Notes under the pieces: model-generated
What the model saw: the letters and a program-made list of their open reading frames with translations, nothing else
Database searches by the model: none
What the model was told of the DNA's origin: nothing
Shown: positions 61,406 to 64,000 of the stretch, in pieces
Position numbering within the stretch: position 1 is the first letter of the stretch
Layout: each line of letters begins with the position of its first letter
Position numbers and translations under genes: made by a program
Origin: Eledone cirrhosa
Lineage: Eukaryota
Reading direction: 5' to 3'
Length of the DNA: 64,000 bases
Assembly: GCA_964016885.1 (NCBI GenBank)
Contig: OZ024741.1
Location: 137,082,001 to 137,146,000 of the forward strand

Positions 61406-62389
61406 TCTATATTTATAAAACTGTGGTTGTCTGTCTGTCTATCGATTTTTGGCACACATCTCCTCTTAGAATCTCTCACGGAATTGCACCGAAATTGCTA
61501 TACTTGTACATTGAGCCCTAGCGAAGACATCGGAAAAAAATATTTCAAATTGACCCACCCTATATGACGAAATCGAATATAATGTATCGATTTTTGAGCG
61601 TAAGTTATCAGTTATTTCCCTTTGTTCTGTTTACATTGAGCGTCTTACGTAAAAAATTACGCTGGCTTTCTCAGCGTTTAAAATGACATTAACACAATAC
61701 ACGAACAGTTGTCGAGCCAGCAAAATATTGACCTGCAAAATTCATCAGTTCGAACACTAAGCTTCCGTTTTGCTTCATTTCCATTTAAAAGCATTTTAAA
61801 ACAATATTTTTACTTGAAAACAAGTCTATTTAAAGACTACGTAAAACAAGCAAATATTTCGTCGTTAGGCGTGCAGACAGACAGTCGTGCAGACAGACAG
61901 TCGTGCAGAGAGGTGATATACGCGTGCAGACAGACAGTCGTGCAGAGAGGTGATATAGGCGTGCAGACAGACAGTCGTGCAGAGAGGTGATATAGGCGTG
62001 CAGACAGACAGTCGTGCAGAGAGGTGATATAGGCGTGCAGACAGACAATCGTGCAGAGAGGTGATATAGGCGTGCAGACAGACATAACTGATAATTTGGT
62101 TACGCTAATGTTTTTCTCTGCGTTGCAGTGTTTACATTTTCGATCTTTGTTAATAAATAACCAGTGCAGTTTCTTTCCCCAGCATCCTCTTTTGTTATAA
62201 CATTCGGGTTATCGTTATGTTTTCTTAACTTCATAAGGCATATTGTTGGTTGAGGGAATATTAATCAAAAACACCACATGCAAGTCTGCACAGTAGACAC
62301 TACAGTTTTTAAGCCAAGAAAGAAACTTAACATTGTAACTTTAACACAGCTACTGAGCGACCCCGAGCAACGCCGGGCTTTACTGCTAG
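61406..62389 (+). mobile_element. non-autonomous Helitron
   Basis: A|TCTATATTTATAAAA 5' end; (GTCT)n near the 5' end; subterminal hairpin CCCG.GC..CGCCGGG; CTAG|T 3' end. Confidence 0.8.
61867..62083. repeat. 37-bp minisatellite inside the Helitron
   Basis: aggcgtgcagacagacagtcgtgcagagaggtgatat, about 5.5 copies. Confidence 0.92.
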
Positions 62390-63780
62390 TTCAGTATAAA
62401 AGAACACTGAAAAAGATACCTGGATAACTGTTTTATTCTGTGAGGGTAAAATCTTGACGAAACAAAAAAATTAGAAACCCTCATCAATAATATGAACCAT
62501 AATTGCCAATTCACTAAAGATTTCAGCAACGAAAAACTCCCTTTCTTAGACATACTAATAACAAAATAAAACAAATAGCTAGAGACTGACATATATTTCA
62601 AACCCACTGACTACCGACAATATCTCCTTTTTACATCTTCTCATCCAACTCATACCCGTATTGATTCCACTTAACATAGCTAAACGAATTTGCATAATAG
62701 TTTCAAACCCAACAATAAGAGGCCACAGGCTATCAGAGATGAAACAAAAATACTCATTAAGAGTTGATACCCTCAGAATCTAATCAATAATAGCTTTCAA
62801 AAGGCAATACAAATCAATATCCATGTACTCCGAGAAAAAAAAGAAACAACAAACAAACAAAAAACAAAACAAAACAGAAAAAAAGGTCATACCATACATG
62901 TCAACTTTTAACCCAAAGCGACAGAATACTACACACACATACGACTAAACCTACCTATCCTACACACACATACAACTAAACCTACCTATACTACACACAC
63001 ATACAACTAAACCTACCTATACTACACACACATACAACTAAACCTACCTAACCCCCAAACAATGAAAAACCTCTTACAAAAATAACCAAATTATATAAAG
63101 TAAACGACAACCTAAATCACTAAAAAAGATACTAACAAATGCAAACCTTCGAACCGGAATTAAAGAACTCGAAGAGAAAAGATGCAACCGAACCAACTGC
63201 CGGGTGTACACCTATTTATTAGAAGGCCACGAATTTCACTCCAAAGAAGGTCCCATTTTCATAATTATAAATGACTTCTCGTGCAACTCAGAAAATTCAA
63301 TATATATTATAACATGTAAGGGTGCCATCGATACTACATTGGCCAAACAAGAATAAGACTCCGACAAAGAGATCCATACACAAAATGTCCCTCTTAGCCA
63401 ACATATAGAGAAATGTGAATGATGAACATTACAAAACTTCAATACTTGCTATTCTATCAATGTTGCCAGTCAACATCAGAAGAAAAATGCATTTGCAAAG
63501 ACATTTTATTGATAGAAAGATTTAGGTAAAGCTGAACGCTTGCACACATAGCCTTTAATACCTGGCCAGACCAGAGTTACGTTCAGTGTCAAGAATTGTG
63601 TTTCTTTCCTAGACATAACAAAAACATAAGCGACAATGACATTACAAATGGAAAACTAGTAAATTAAACACGAAAAAAACATTTAGCAAGCTGTTTGAGG
63701 CGTTACCGGTCAAGGACAAAAGTACAAACAATATTTTGTTGTGTACTATACACATATGTATATAAAACAAAAACATATTA
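62390..63780 (+). pseudogene. degenerate Neptune-like PLE (RT thumb to GIY-YIG) with a 31-bp minisatellite at ~62928-63050
   Basis: LPFLDILI, ETDIYFKPTD.RQYL, CNRTNCRVY, IYIITCKG; colinear with 37104-38861. Confidence 0.8.
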
Positions 63781-63857
63781 GGTGCTTTTTTTCAAATCTT
63801 TATCATTTTTCCTATATAACACGATTTGTATAGAAATCCTTAATCTTCCAACATTTT

Positions 63858-63933
<76 letters not shown>

Positions 63934-63936
63934 CCT

Positions 63937-64000
<64 letters not shown>

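Noticed and set aside
61867-62083. CRISPR-like 37-bp repeats
   Set aside because: Head-to-tail minisatellite without spacers, inside a Helitron.

Overview
AT-rich animal genomic DNA, most consistent with an octopus/coleoid cephalopod (inferred from the repeat types, not proven). Three short phase-compatible exons near 1.6-2.8 kb may be the 3' end of a host gene. The rest is a nest of transposons in long (TA)n microsatellites: four RTE-clade LINEs (one with an open 1021-aa APE+RT+PHD-like ORF), a CR1-type remnant, many Penelope-like elements (PLEs, one with an intact ~800-aa RT+GIY-YIG ORF), an IR/DR Tc1 element, piggyBac-type MITEs, a non-autonomous Helitron and SINEs. The poly-(YI) ORFs are microsatellite artefacts. 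The main unannotated signal is RNA-level: about 30 type I hammerhead ribozyme (HHR) motifs from a dozen or so families, found by eye, several with core variants. The strongest candidate system is a near-perfect 310-bp tandem array (25628-27706) with one HHR per highly self-complementary unit. It has a diverged sibling at 42745-43137 whose HHR sits at the same position with fully covaried stems. This architecture fits a retrozyme that makes small circular RNAs. All structures are manual predictions; none has been tested.
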